A DNA stretch of 64,000 nucleotides from Eledone cirrhosa (taxonomy: Eukaryota). A model generated the notes under the pieces. It was given only the letters and a program-made list of their open reading frames with translations. It did not search any database and was not told the origin of the DNA. A program made the translations under genes and the position numbers. Shown here piece by piece: positions 41,441 to 57,625 of the stretch. Numbering within the stretch: the stretch's first letter is position 1; every line of letters starts with the position of its first letter. The stretch covers positions 160,022,001-160,086,000 of the forward strand of contig OZ024740.1 in NCBI GenBank assembly GCA_964016885.1, read 5' to 3'.

Positions 41441-44400
41441 ACATAAGCTATTTCAATAAATATAAGATAAAATATATTTCTTCAGAGATTTTACACAGAT
41501 TATAAATCTAATGAAGTGTCCATGGTGCTATGGCCATTATTAATCTATAATATTTACTATATTACAGTATTTTTTTTCTTATCTTCATCCTTAGATCAAA
41601 ATCTTTATCTAGTTATTTCCCTTTGATACATATTTCTCTCTCAATCTTATTGGCTAGTTTGCCATATTAAGATCAAAGAAACATTGGTATTTTCATTGAG
41701 ATATGATAACCATGTCTTTTATTGAAGACTCGCGAGTGTAGTTCCCGCCTTTTGAATAAATTCAATTTATTTATGATTAAAAGGGAAGATATAAAGTCAA
41801 TATTTATTATTCTACATAGGAAATAGTGTATGCTTTTTTTATTTTTTATTTTATCAATATTTAAAACCATGTGTGTGTATATGCACTTGTACATAAACCC
41901 TCACAGGCAGGCATACACATACACACATGCATATATGTAAACTTCAATGTTATTTTGTTTTGTTTTTTTTCACTTATTAATATGATCATAAACATTATCT
42001 GCTTTTCCATGCTGGCTTGTGTTGGATGAGACTTATTTTTAGGCAGTATTTTACAATTGGATGCCTTTCTTGATGCCACTCCTACCTACTTTTAAGTATG
42101 GTGCTTATTCCACTGATCTTTACCAGTCATATCACTGAGCTATATACATGACCAAACTTTTTAATCTGTGACATGACAGATGTGGAGAAACACACACACA
42201 CACACAATTTCTGTCTCAAATTTCATTATCAAACCAATAATCAGCTCAAAGCTATAGCAGAAGACACTAATTCAATGTATCCTGCAGTGAGACTGAACCT
42301 GAAACCATGTGATTATGAAGCTTACATGGTTAAATATAAAGCCATGCCTGTGCCAATTGAAAGAACACTTTGAAAAAAGAAATCATATCATTAATTTATG
42401 TTGTGCCAATCCTTATCATCTTCATGAGTTAACATCTATTTTGCCTGTTAGCAAGGGTTTGACATGTCACAGATCATGTCAGTACCCAGTTGGAGCAACT
42501 GACCTTCCAGATGGGTCAGGTGCAAGCATCTTGTTTACATACATTCTCATACAGTACAGGGTGTATTTGGTGCATTTTATTGTAGTACTAGCACTAAGGA
42601 GTTTATGTCTTTCACATTAACATTATCATCACTTGCATGGTTTAGACAGCTGTTGCACTCTGAGGGTAGAGTGGTTAGATGACTGTCTTATTCAAAGCTT
42701 TGTTTAACTTAGTTACTGTGGCTGGAAGATCTTCCTAATGCCAACCATTTTACAGCATGTACTGAGAGCATGCTTTCTATGGATTGATGTCCTTCCTAAC
42801 ACCAACTACTTTACAGAGGAGTATACTGGGAGCATTTTTTCGTGACTCTGACACTAACACCTTACAGGAGTTGCTTTTGTAATGGCTTCAGCACTATTTT
42901 ATTACCGCACTAGAGTGCTCAGTGTCATGGTCGTGTCATTGGTGGGAGTTGGTTGAGGTTAGGTATTGACATTTCAATGGTGGTGTCTGGGTTCCCTTGC
43001 TGGCCTAAAAGAGGTCATTTATGTACTGCATGGAGCAAGTGTGTAGGTGGTGTCTCATTTTGGGATGAGCCAGACTTTCCTGGACTGGGAATGTTAGGAG
43101 TGCAAGGATTCAGCAGGGGTGATGAATCAGTCAAGGTTCCTTGTAAATTTCTATGCTAGCATGGGCTGGGTGACAAAGTCAGGAGTATATTGGCAGGTGA
43201 GAACCTGAGAGTTGTTCTCTCTAGGTTTTTGGATTCAGGGTGGAAAAGTGGATCAGGGGGATGTGAGCAGAGATTTCAGTAGTATACTGGTGAGTAGAAG
43301 GTAAGATTTGAGTGTTGTACCACCTCTCTGGTTCTTTGGATTTAAGCTGGATGTAGGTAGGTGTAATTAACCATCTTACTTCAGCTGCATTAATTCCACG
43401 TTTCTCATACTACAAAATATCACCAGTTTTCTCAGTCCTGGATCATCTCCTTCATGACTTTCAACTGCACGAGGTTGGGCCTCACCACATCACACCAGGT
43501 TTTCCTAGTCCCTCTCCTTCCAAGGGTTTATTTTACTTCAAGTATCCTGCATTTCTTTATCCCTTGGGACAACTGAATAGTCCTCCCAACCCTTTTTTTT
43601 TTGCATGGCTTCTATAGTGTGCATTGGTAAGGTGGGTGCAGTAATTGTGATGATGGCAGTTGTGTTGGATGGTGGCATCAGTGACCTGTGATGTAGGTGC
43701 TAGTGGTGTGGTGCTGGTCGTGCCATGAGATGGTGGTGTGGTTGTGTGGTTGTGTGGTGTGTGGGTGAAATGGGGGTGGTATGTGTGGTGAAGTGTGGCA
43801 TGGGTGATGTTAATATTGGTGGATAATGTTGATGACAATGACGATGATGTTGATGTGATTTATCATATATATATATATATGTAATTGCTTCTGATGCTGA
43901 TGATAACAGCAATGGTGGATACTTCAGATTATGATGGTTTGTAGTAATAATGATAATACCAAGAGTATTTTTATTCAGATATGAAGAGTTAGAAGTAAAA
44001 CAAGATTACATAAAAAACAAAAACAAGATAAAACAATAGGAAAACAAGAACACAAAACGAACAAAAAAATCTCCAATAAGTTTTATTTCACTATAGCAGA
44101 AATATCAGAAATATTTACAGTTGCTAAAGAATTCAGAATCAGGAAACTCTTCTTGACAGATAGAAATGTTTCTAATATTTTACAAACTTGCTAAATTGTT
44201 AGAAGCCAGCAAAAATACATTTCCGAAAATATGAAGTATTCTATAAAAATAAACCCCTGTTTATAAGCAGTTGTAAAGTCATATTGAGTCAAATATATAC
44301 AATTAAACATAGAAAAAAAAGCCAAAACAATGCCCCCTGAACCAGAACATAATCACATGCACACTCACGTACAGATATTTGCACACATATATACATAAAG

Positions 44401-44542
44401 ATATAATCACACACACCCATATATATATATATATATATAGAAATAACTAAGCACACATTCAGAGAGATATATTTACACACTCAAACACATATATGGAAGA
44501 ATAATCACACTACATACATCGAAATTTAAGTACACACATATA

Positions 44543-44617
<75 letters not shown>

Positions 44618-46534
44618 CAAGAAATAATAACACAATCAGATATAATCACACACATATATATATAGAAATAACCATACATTCCTATAGTGATATATAATCA
44701 CACACACAAACACATATGTATGCAGACACACCAATATAGATTGAGAAATAAAATTAGAGATATCCATGCCTAACATATATATTATCTTCTTACACTGAAG
44801 GCAAAACGATATAACAATAGATATTTACCTAGCTTCCCTGTGTCTCCATCTTTCTCTGAAATACCACACATAAACAAACACCCTCACTTATATACACATA
44901 TTTTGCTACATATATTGTGTAAAATCTGAAGTATATTTCACCAAAAGGTTAGAAATACACGCCAACATAGAGAACTTGATGCCTCAAAAGATATATATAC
45001 AAGCTGTACTGATATTTGATTGTAGAAAATAGCAGGAACGGCAACAACAACAATATTTTTTTCCATTGTTTAGCTGCTAACAGTAATTTCATACAATTCT
45101 ATTCATATATACAAAAATGTAATAAAACAATAAAAGGGGCTGGCAAAATGCAAGTGGGTTAAGACAAACAATTTATATAGAAACAAAAGAAGAGGTGAAA
45201 GACATTTTAATATATATATTAGTTTGAGTTTTAAAATTTCTGGGGAAAAATACAAATAATTACATAGATTACTGAAATGAATATAATATAATGCAGAAAA
45301 ACAAAAGATGTAATGTTAAATAGTACAAACTTCAAGCACATAGGTTTCAACCCACCACCTACATTGATTAGAGCATTTCCACACTCACAATTACACCCTC
45401 ACATAAACTATTCATAGCGGAAAAATCCAAAATTTTCATGGAGATCTCTTGGCTCATAGTAGGCAAATAGTTTATCTCTTATGATTATTATATCCAACAT
45501 GCTAACCACCTGTACAAAAGTATTTTGTTGAACATGATCCAATCTTTCCTATTATTTCGGTCAAGCAAAAGAGCATCAGGCTGTCCATTAGACTATTCTA
45601 TTTATATATTTGTTACTGTTTAGTCTGGGAATGAGAAATAGACAGTGCCCATGACCCTTTTCAGTGACTCTGGGGCTGGTGGGAGGGAGGGAGGATGGTA
45701 TTTTCAAATCAAACATCAAGCTCAGAGTCTTACAACAGAGTAGATGCTGCTACAGGTAACCAAGGTGTCAGGTAGGGATGTTAAACTTGATGAATGATTA
45801 AGTCTATCATCAAAGTAAGTCATAGTATGACTTGAACTCAGAATACAAAACTCTGGAACAGGTAAAGTAAAACCTTTCATCTGATGCTTTACAATTTCAC
45901 TAATCCATCATGCTTGACTGGTACTCTATTTCATGAACCCCTGAAAAAATGAAAAACAAAGTTGATCTTGGTGGGATCTAAACCCAGAGGGCAAAAAGCT
46001 GGAAACTATACCACAAAGCATTTTGTCCTGCACTCAAACAACTCCAGCAACACACTGTCTATATTGTTAGCATACACAAGCTGATTCTAAATATTTGTTG
46101 AATCTAATCCAATGAGAAGGTAGGGAAATTGTTACAAGGGTCAGTGTGAGGGCAAGTTGTTATGTCTGTCTGTGGTGGAGGTGGTTGTGTGTATGTGTGT
46201 ACTGATGGAAAAAGTGTATTGTGTTAATGTTTAATAGCACACTTCAGAAAATCCTTATTTTTCAAATTTACCTCCTTAACTTGACATGCCATAGGCTCAT
46301 CTATATCCAGATTTGAAAACAACCAAATTCTTTCAGTAAAAGAGAAAGGGAATCAACCGCAGTATTGGTCTGGTACTTTATTTATCGATCATAAAACGAT
46401 GTAGGATAAAGTTGACTTTGGCAAAATTTGAACTCAGAGCACATAAAACTAGAATGAATACTACAAATCCTTGTGTCTGATATTCTAACAGCTTTGCCAT
46501 TTCCTTGCCCATCCCATTAACTACTTATTTTTAA

Positions 46535-46723
46535 CCCTTTAGCATTTAAACTGGCCATATCCAGCCAGAATTCTCTCACCTATTTCTGTGCAAACTGGCC
46601 ATAACTGGCTGCTCATATTTATGTTAAGGTATTGTTCTCAAAATAAATAATATCAAAATCTCATAGATTTGACATTATGTGAAAATACAATAATAAATAT
46701 AGAGTAATGTAAATGCTAAAGGG
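46535..46723. mobile_element. piggyBac-type MITE with perfect 14-bp TIRs and TTAA TSD
   Basis: TTAA|CCCTTTAGCATTTA...TAAATGCTAAAGGG|TTAA. Confidence 0.9.
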
Positions 46724-48589
46724 TTAAAAATTCAATTTGATGCGTCTATCTTTTTCCACATTAATAGGGTTTGAACAGTATTTATTTCCTGCTCTTCATC
46801 ATTACCATCATTTTGTGTTTGATTTCTATACTTGTAGAGGTTGGATGGCTTATTATGGTCCATGTTCTTATTCTGAATTGCTGTTATAGTTTTGATATGG
46901 TTTCTATGCATAGCTATCCTTTTTCAACTATATTGCAAAACATACTGGTGCATTTTCCTGTGGCACTAGCACTAGAGAAATTGTTATGTTTTCAATATAG
47001 CTAAAGACTTGATATTTAAACTAAATAATAAAACATACAAAGAATGGGATAGATGATAGAAAGTGCAGCCGTTTGTGACATTTTGAAATTTAATTTTATT
47101 TAAAATATTTTCATTATTTTTGCATTTTGAGTGAGATGGATTGGCAAAATAATTAGAGCAATAAATAAAATGCTAGGAGGTATTCATTCAAGTTCTTTAC
47201 ATTCTGAGCTTAGAACCTGCCAATGTCAAATTTGCTTTTCATTCTTCCAGGGCTAATAAAATAAAATAGCAATAAAGTACTGGATGGGTTATATTACTAA
47301 CTTTCGCCTCCCCACAAATTGTTGGCCTTGTGCTTAAATTAGAAATCTTGATTCTTGTGTTTCTGTGAAGGTAGCACATTCAAGGAATCATTAGAGCATT
47401 GGATGAAATACTTTGCAGTATTTGTTCCACTCTTTACATTCTGAATTCATTTTCAATCAAATTTGCATTTCATCCTTCCATTGTTGAAAGAATAAGCATT
47501 CTGTTTTGAGCAGTGGATTTGTGGATTGTTAGAGCATTAGACAAAGTGTTTTGTATTATTTGTTTTCACTCTGTATGTTCTGAGTGTCAAGGCATATATG
47601 AAGAATTTGTCTGTATTGAGAACACATGCAGGGCTGGTCTTGAGGACAGAAAATGGAAAAGAAAACCCATGACACAACAGTGCTGAATGCTGCAAGCCTT
47701 AGTAGCTAGATCTGTTTTTCTTGTAGTGACTTTGTCATCCACAAACAAGTTTGAGATAGATGTGAACAGTCCTCATCATTTTGTTTACATATGTTCTCAT
47801 ACTCTACTGAGTGCTTTGACAGCCTGGAGCCCACATCTCACTTACAAACATTCTTGTGCTCTACTAAGGGTATTTTTTTTATGCAACAGCACTAAGGAGG
47901 TTATGTCTTTGACACACATGAAAAGTCTACCCAAGTCTTGTTTGACAGGTATTCTATAGCTGAGTGCCCCTTCTGTTACTAACCAATTCACACTGTATAA
48001 TGATGTATTTATCCCGTAGATCACCAACAATAGTCCTTGAATATTCACTTACATTGTGAAGTCATGAGAGATAATGTGATAAAACATATCAGAGAGGCAG
48101 TGAATTGGCATATTAAGATAGAATGCTCCAAATAGAATAGTTGGTGGTGTTCATTCCAGGTCTTTGTAGTCTGAGTTTAAATGTAGCCAAGATCAAATAT
48201 GCCTGTCATACTTTTGAGGTCAATAAATATAGTATCAGTCAAATACTGGGCTTAATTCTCTCCCTCATTCTCACTCATATTCTTTCTTCTCTAGAAGAAA
48301 TTGGCTGTACCAACCTGGAGAAGGGGGGATTCCACCTTATTTAAATGCTCAAGATGACAGACTTCTAACTCCATTATCAGTTAGAGATCCAAGTCATGAA
48401 AAAAATACCTGAAGGAAGGTAATGAGAAACCATCATATTTTGCCATGATAATTCCATTACAAGGACATGGTATTTGTCATAGAAGTCAGCAGAGGTCATT
48501 AGTTGACCTGATGACACCAGAAAGCTTATGTTTTTTGTCTTGTAGACTGAAATATGTTTCTTTGTCATTGGATATCATTAACTTTTCCT

Positions 48590-48870
48590 TCTCTCTTCCA
48601 TAACTCTTTCCTTCTATTTCATCTCACTCCTTCTCTCTTTTACCCTCTATTTATCCCATCTTCCCTTCTCACTCGCTTCTTCCACTTTGACTACTTCCCT
48701 CTCCTCCATATCCTCATCCTCATCCTTCTTCTCCTTCTTCTTCTCCTCTTCTTCTCCTCCTCCCCTCTCCCTCTTCTTCTCCTTCTCCTCTCCTCTTCCT
48801 CCCTTCTCCTTCTTCTCCTTCTCCTCTCCTCCTCCTCCCCTCTCTCCTTCTTCTTCTTCTTCCATCCACT
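48590..48870. repeat. Polypyrimidine (CTT/CCT/CT)n tract
   Basis: Almost pure C/T from about 48700 to 48865; the Glu/Lys-rich ORF is an artefact. Confidence 0.9.
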
Positions 48871-50659
48871 TATGCCCTATGTTTCTATTTCCTATATTCC
48901 ATCTAACACAAAAGTTCTGTGAATAACAGCATTGGAACAGTCTTGTAGAATTGCCTAACTTGTTCCACTTAAGCTTTAGATAATACTCATAAATTATTGT
49001 TCTCTCAAGAACATTATCAAATTGTTCTATGGAAAGAGATTAACTAAATATACTGGCTGCTTACACTGTTTGCAAACAACTTACCACTGTGCAAAGGCAA
49101 GGATTTACATTGTCTATGGGATAGAGTGCCTTATTTGTGAAAGGGTGAAGGTATAATAAATTTGTTTGACACTCATCTATTCCAGTAATAGGCAAATGCT
49201 GTCCTGTGTGCAAAAATTATCAACACTCGACATATATATATATATATTCATTTAAGTTTGGTGGTTCACCATTGGATAGAACTTGTCATTCCATATAGTT
49301 AACCCTAATGCAATAGTAGGAATAGCACTCAATGTTATATAACTAATTCATCTTTGATGTTGAATCTTGTTGGTGGTGCGAAAACGGAGTTAATTATTAT
49401 TGAGTAAAATGACATTTTACTCAATAATTATATATACATATATATATATAATGCATTTATATCAGTAAATATATAGTACAGAGGTAACTGAGAGAGTGTA
49501 AATGTTGCACAATTTAATATATGTGCATGTATGTGATGATGATGATCATCATATCTGTTTTCCTTGCTAACAAGGATTGGCCATGTTATATACCAAGTCA
49601 GTACTCATGTAGTACTACTGACTGCTCAGATTGGCTGGGGGCCTTCATATCATGCATACATTCCTGTTATCTACCTAACACTCATGCTGGCTGGGAGCCT
49701 GCATTTCACATGCATGTATTTTTGTGCTCTACCATGTGCATTTTATTATGGCACCAACACTAGGGAAGTTGTAATTTTTGTCATTACTGATAAGTCCATT
49801 TGACCTTTTGTTTGGCAGTGTTTCTACAGTTGGAGGCACTTACTATCACAAACCACTTTACAGAGTGTACAGGGTGCATTTATCATGTAAATCATTAACA
49901 TTAGAGAGATTGTCATGTCTTCAACACAACTGAAGAGTTGTCTTGACCTTTTGATTAGCAAGATATCTATTACAATCCAACTAAAATACCGACATTGTGA
50001 TGCCCTTATTTCTCCACCAAGCCTAACTAGTTCTTAAAAAGATTCCTATGCTAAGGTGCTGACTTTTCCTTCTTGGCTCCACTCTCACCATCCACACCTG
50101 TGGACTTCATCATCAAGGTGGGGATATGGCACTACCACCTTTTTAAGGGTGAACCGTCAGATTTAGACAAAAATTACACTGATATGCTTATTTTGAAATT
50201 CTTCCTTAGAATTACTGTGATTTAGAGTATCCACCCAGAGTGTTCTGACCCCTGCCCCCATACACGCCCACAAGAAAGTCTGCCCACACCTTCTTCATAA
50301 CACACTTGGTTTGCACGCAGTCCTAACCTTTGTCATACTTGAATTCTGGACATTACAAACAGTATCCATAACAATTGTATACTCTCTGCCACATAATAAA
50401 AGACTAAGACTGACATCAGTGAATTGAATTGAAACATTAATTATCACCTTTGATGAAGCTAGATTTGTTCAGGACTTCAAACAGGAATAAACAGTTTAAA
50501 GCCACTAAGAATGCAGGCCAGCCCAAACAGAATGGGCTTTTGTTGGGATTTTACTCATTGCTACACCAACTTTGTACATAAATAAACATAGTTTTCTATA
50601 GATTAGTCATCACTCCCAGATGCACCTCATTTGTATCAGAAGATTCTGTTGCAACTGGG

Positions 50660-51100
50660 TTTATGTGATCAGCAAAGTATTCTCTCCACCTCATGAGGAT
50701 GCACTTCTTTGAAAAGTGGAGAAACCCAGACATGTTCCTGATAGCAGGCATGGAGGAGGGCTTCATATTGTAAAGTCAGCAGATTGTCTGCAAGAATAAT
50801 TAATTTGCTGATCTCTGCTATGACCTTTTGCACCTGCTTGTACCGCAAGCATAAGATGGAGGACATATTTCCAAATCAAGCTTTGTAAGCCTCCTTCCAC
50901 CTACTGCCAGAAGCCACTTTTGCCTGCAGCATTTAATAGCTGATGTAGAAATTGCTGAGCTGATCAGTCTCCACTCCCTTTCAATCTCCTCAGTTTGCAA
51001 CAGGGAGTTCTTTTAATTTAGTTGCAATAGTGTCTGTATACCTGATCCTGACTTCCTTATTCACCAGCATTTCCCATTTTATCCTGTAGGTCGAGCTTGC
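50660..51100 (-). mobile_element. Degenerate RTE (Rex3-like) linker-region fragment
   Basis: EEIEREWRLISSAISTSAIKCCRQK...GG resembles the post-APE linker of RTE ORFs. Confidence 0.4.
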
Positions 51101-51229
51101 CCCTGACTTCCTTTATACCATGTGTACTTATGGATGTCTTTGTCCTAGAAGGTGTTCATAATTGAGAGCCCATTACTAGGACAGAAGTCTAATAAAGACT
51201 ATCCATTCATATTTAGATTGGGATTGATG

Positions 51230-52208
51230 CTCCTTCCAATCACTCTTATCCATGAAGGTGGTCAATGCCAGCATGTGCATTGAAGTCACATTTGTTGAGA
51301 CACATGGTGAAGTTTAGCATAGCGTCTTTACAAACAGACCTAGAGATGGCTCTGATCTCCTCCCTGATGTTTTCCTTTAGTTCAGTCATGTCCTGGATTT
51401 CTTGACATATAACCTATCCTTCAGATAGCACCAAAGAAAGAAATTTGGGGCACTTAAATCAGGGCTGAGTTGGGTCCACTCAAAATGAGTAATCAAACTG
51501 ATCACACCATTTCCAAAGTTATTTTTCAGCCATTCTTGTAACTCATTGGAGATGTTGGGGCCTGCTCTGTCTTTCTAGAACTAGAACTTATTCATTAGAG
51601 ATAGGTACGTGATCTGTAGCTCCTTTTTGGAGATTTCCAGGACTTCCATATAGTGTTCCTTTGTAACTGTAGCAGTGTCACCATTTTCATCAGAAATGAC
51701 AGCACAGACAGTACATTTAACAATGTGGAGAGTTTCACAGTCACTTCAGTGGGTTTCTCTGACACCCCAGAGCACATTATTCTTAGAGTTGATCTTCCCT
51801 TTCTATGTGAAAGTGGGCTTTATCAGAGGTTCACATTTTCGGACCATGTCAATAAACTCTGTGTGTACTTCCTGAGTATTTGGAGTGTGTAGAATGGTCC
51901 TCAGACATTGTACTAAGGTTCTCTACTTTCCCATAAATCTCAAACATATTCACCCAGTTTGTACATTGGATATGAAGGGCAATTTATTCATTCCAAAATA
52001 AATGCATGAACTTTCTCAGGCACCTCCTGTTTTGATCCATGCTCCTAGCAGTGTTTCACAAAGAAAATCTGATGCTGGAGCTCTTATTGAGGCCTTGTTA
52101 TCTTTTCAGATGTATCTGCCATGTCCTGAAGTTTAAGGTTGATCAGTTAGAAAGTTAATATAGTGACAACAAACTTGTGTGGTACCATTAGTTTTTTTAT
52201 TCACCCTG
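51230..52208 (-). mobile_element. Tc1/mariner (DD37D/maT-like) transposon relic
   Basis: Terminal TA-CAGGGTGAATAAAAAAA at 52210-52192. Remnants INSKNNVLWG, KCTVCAVISDENGDTATVTKEHYMEVL, F*KDRAGP (FQQDGA-like) and PNSPDLSAPNFFLWCYLKDRLY, ELKENIREEIRAI. Confidence 0.8.
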
Positions 52209-54342
52209 TATATATTTATAATATATATATGTTTGTGCATATATGCCTCAGGAAATTTATTACTTATTCGTTGGTATCAATCTTAGCATATGTTATTCAT
52301 TGGTTTGTTTGTTTTTAATCTCCATATTCTAGATATCTGTATATTTCAGATACTTATATTTATGAAATTTTTCCAGTGCTTTCAGAGATACACTGCTGTT
52401 ATCCACTGGCATTGCTATTATATTTAACATTATTTTGTTCAATACTTTCTGAGAATAATATCTGGATGATTTTCTCCTGTCAATAAGAAACTGCATATCC
52501 TAGAATATTGATACATTCATTGTCATTTTGTCAGGCTTTTTACAGGGTTTATATTCATATCAGATTCATTTTGTAAGGCTTTTATACTACTGGCAGCTTT
52601 TCCAATACATTTCATCTTTCAAATTGGTCATGCCTACATATATGAAAGGGTGCTGAAAAGTTATTGGCTTAACACTGGAGGGTCATAGTGGTATGTCAGT
52701 GGAACCTGCAGATCTATCTGGTGGGTCCTCCAATATCTTTTTGTTGCTGTGAGCCTTTTAAAATGGTTATGTAGGACCTTAGGTTCTAATATGAACTTTG
52801 GTACAAAACGACCCACCAGTATCTTGAGTAAAATACACTCTCTAAGAGATCCTTACCTCACATATATATTATGGTATTCATATCATATAAATATGGGACC
52901 TTGGGACAAAATAAGAAATGTGGCTTTGGTGTCAGCATAGTAGCCTATATCCCAATTTCATTTTCAGCTCTTACAAATATATAAGCAGGTACTGTAAAAC
53001 TTCGGAAAATTAGTTAAGCCAAGAATATTTTATTACTTTCTTGAAGACTGGGAATTCATAGAGCAAGGTAACAAATTGGCATGAGAATTACAAGATACTA
53101 CAGTTTCTGGCAATTGAACAAATATTATATAGGGTTTGAGAGGATTCTTTGGTTAGGCCAAGCATGTGATAATCACTCTTGTTGTGGTGCCACTAAAAAT
53201 GAATTTAGTGCACTCTGTAATGTAGTTGGCATTAGATAGAGAGCGATCAGCTACAGAATCAATGTGAAATGTATGAGTAAGATTGGTTGCTCCGACTCAT
53301 CTGGTGTTAAACCATTATCACTCATCTAACCCATGCCAGTGTATAAAGGAGATGTAAAATAATGCTGATGACGAGAAGAGAATTATTAATTTATCTGGGC
53401 AGTGAGTGTGATGAATGTACATAACAAAATGAAAGTTGACTTTACAACCATATTTTCAAAAGCAAGAAATGTCTTTAGACAACCAAGCAAGCAACAGATG
53501 GAAAGCAAAATCAATATATATCAAAATATATTTCATATTTCACTATCAATAATACACATCAGTAACTTTTTATGATGCCCAGTGTTGGCAAGGAATAAAA
53601 ACCGATATGTATAAAAGCTGATGTATATAAAATTGTTGCTTTCCCAAGCAGCTCTTAAAAAGAAAAGTTTAAAGTTGTCTAGCGAAAATGAAAGTCATTA
53701 TGAACGAACGTCTTAGAAAGAGAAGCTGAATTGCTGCTCAATTCAAAAATAACTGATATACGTTACATTATTCTAGACACTATCAAAATAAAGAAAAACT
53801 AAATCAAAGATATTTCAAGATTGGTGTATGGAGGTGAAAAGATGAAACAGATGTACCAATATGTGAGAACAGCATAGAATATGGCAATAAATACTTCTGT
53901 TGTCTCTCAGCAGTGACATTAACTCTTTGAACTCTGAACTCCCACTGCATATGTATGTATGTGTCGTCCCCAGCCCTGATGCTAGCAGATGAATTCAGTC
54001 TTCAAGGTATTCTACTTATTTTAAATTGTTGTGTAGAAAGGTGACAGCTTCTAATATCATATCTGAGATGAAAGTGATATGCTCAGCACAGTCAGCATCA
54101 GTAAAATTCTAGCATTCTCCATGTTAAATGCTATTCTTCAATCTTTACACTATATTTTTTGCTGCATCTCTCCCTCTCTCTATATATATATGCTTTGTAT
54201 TCTTCACTGTTCTCAGTGCATCTAAATTGATAGAGTTTAGGAGAATTTAATTAAGAGAATTAAATTAAAAGTTTTTTCTTCATTTTAATTTATTGCCAGA
54301 GTAAAACAAGTGTCTTTTCATCACTGCTAAGCATACAGGTAG

Positions 54343-54373
<31 letters not shown>

Positions 54374-54416
54374 TACATATATATGTATATCACCGATGGA
54401 CATTAGACGATGATGA

Positions 54417-56254
<1,838 letters not shown>

Positions 56255-56260
56255 GCATGA

Positions 56261-56580
56261 GGCACATGGCTTAATCGTTAGAGCATTGGCCTTGCAATCA
56301 AAAGGTTGTGAGTTCAATTCTCAGACCGGGTGATGTGTTGTTTCCTTGAGAAAGGCACTTTATTTCACATTGCTCCAGTTTACTCAGCTGTAGAAATGTG
56401 ATGATAAGGATTGGGGTCCCTATCATTCCATTGGAAAGTGGTCGTGGAGGTGCCACGGCAAAAAAGCACCCAGCACTCACTGTAAATGAGGTTGGTGTTA
56501 GGAAGGGCATCCAGCTGTAGAAATCAAGCCAGAATCAGTCCCCGTCCCACCCTTGCAAGCACGGAAAAGCGGACATAAAA
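56261..56580 (+). mobile_element. Composite tRNA/CORE/RTE-tail SINE (second copy)
   Basis: ggcacatggcttaatcgttagagc...gttcaattc...ctcagctgtagaaatg...gggtccctatcattcc...ttggtgttaggaagggcatccagc...cggacataaaa. Confidence 0.8.
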
Positions 56581-56793
56581 AAAAATATATATATATATAT
56601 ATATGTATATAAAGGTGTACAATCCGACATAGCTGTATACATATAGGTATATGTATTTGTATATCTAGCGATATATGATATGTTTACAAATAAACATTTG
56701 AAAGCCTTTCGCTATAAATTCTGGAAGCTGATGGCTAGCCTCATCAGGTGGATTCCAATGGAAGCAGGAGTGGGTAGTCCTTATATACTCATA

Positions 56794-57625
56794 TCTATAT
56801 ACATAAATGGCAATTTCTGTCTGTTTGTGTGTTTGTTTGTGAACCTAAAACTCAAAAACTACCAAAACGATATTGATGAAACTAGACACGCGTGTGGCTC
56901 TCATGCCCATTTGATTTCCTACATATATTTCATTTTAATCAAAGGGTTACCCGGGGTTCAAACCCCGCTGAAAACCCCTGCTGAAAATGTCTTCGATTTA
57001 TATGAAATTTAAACTATAGGTAAATTACAAGATATGATACCTGTTCACAAAATTTCAGCAAATTTCAATAATATTAAGACATCCTAATGGGGTTAAACCC
57101 GCTATCTATATACATAAATGGGAATTTCTGTCTGTTTGTGAGTGTGTTGGTTTGTGGATTTGTTTGTGAACCTAAAACTCAAAAACTACCAAACCGATCT
57201 TGATGAAACTTCACACGTGTGTGAGGCTCATGCCCATTTGATTTCTTACGCAATTTGAAGTTTTAAAAATTTGATAATTTCTAGTCTGCATCGATTTTTT
57301 TAAATGAATTGGAAATTTGTATGCAAATGCTCATATGAATGTTATTTTCTGCCATAACATTTAAAGCTCTCAACCAATTTCCTTCAAACATGAAACACAG
57401 ATAGATTATGTGCTAAGGATGGCTTTTTGCTAAAGGAAATTATCCAGACTACTCGAGCAAAGCGTAAGCTGATTTTTTATTAACTGATGAGCGAAATATG
57501 GCTTAAAATGTTCTCCATAAATCAACTGCTGGCAGTAACATTTATTTTTGGTCTGAGAGGCATTGGGCATTTTAATGGGAACTGGGAATACGCCCATCCC
57601 GGGTATTACCGGGTACTTCAACTAG
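56794..57625 (+). mobile_element. Non-autonomous Helitron with duplicated 5' terminus
   Basis: A|TCTATATACATAAATGG at both 56794 and 57105; 3' hairpin CCCGG-GTATTA-CCGGG; ends CTAG|T at 57625. Confidence 0.85.

Noticed and set aside
48647-48865. Glu/Lys/Gly-rich ORF
   Set aside because: Antisense reading of a polypyrimidine simple repeat.
52641-52672. Mariner-like TIR tatgaaagggtgctgaaaagtt
   Set aside because: Single short end with no partner TIR or coding remnant found.
56690-56755. Minus-strand CTGATGA-ggcta...tagc-GAAA-ggctt-TC
   Set aside because: Core-like, but the flanks do not form stem I and the stem II register is off; cannot be supported as an HHR, though it may be a relic.
57476-57512. 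CTGATGAGCGAAA hammerhead-like core inside the Helitron
   Set aside because: No stem II loop, no stem III pairing and no convincing stem I.
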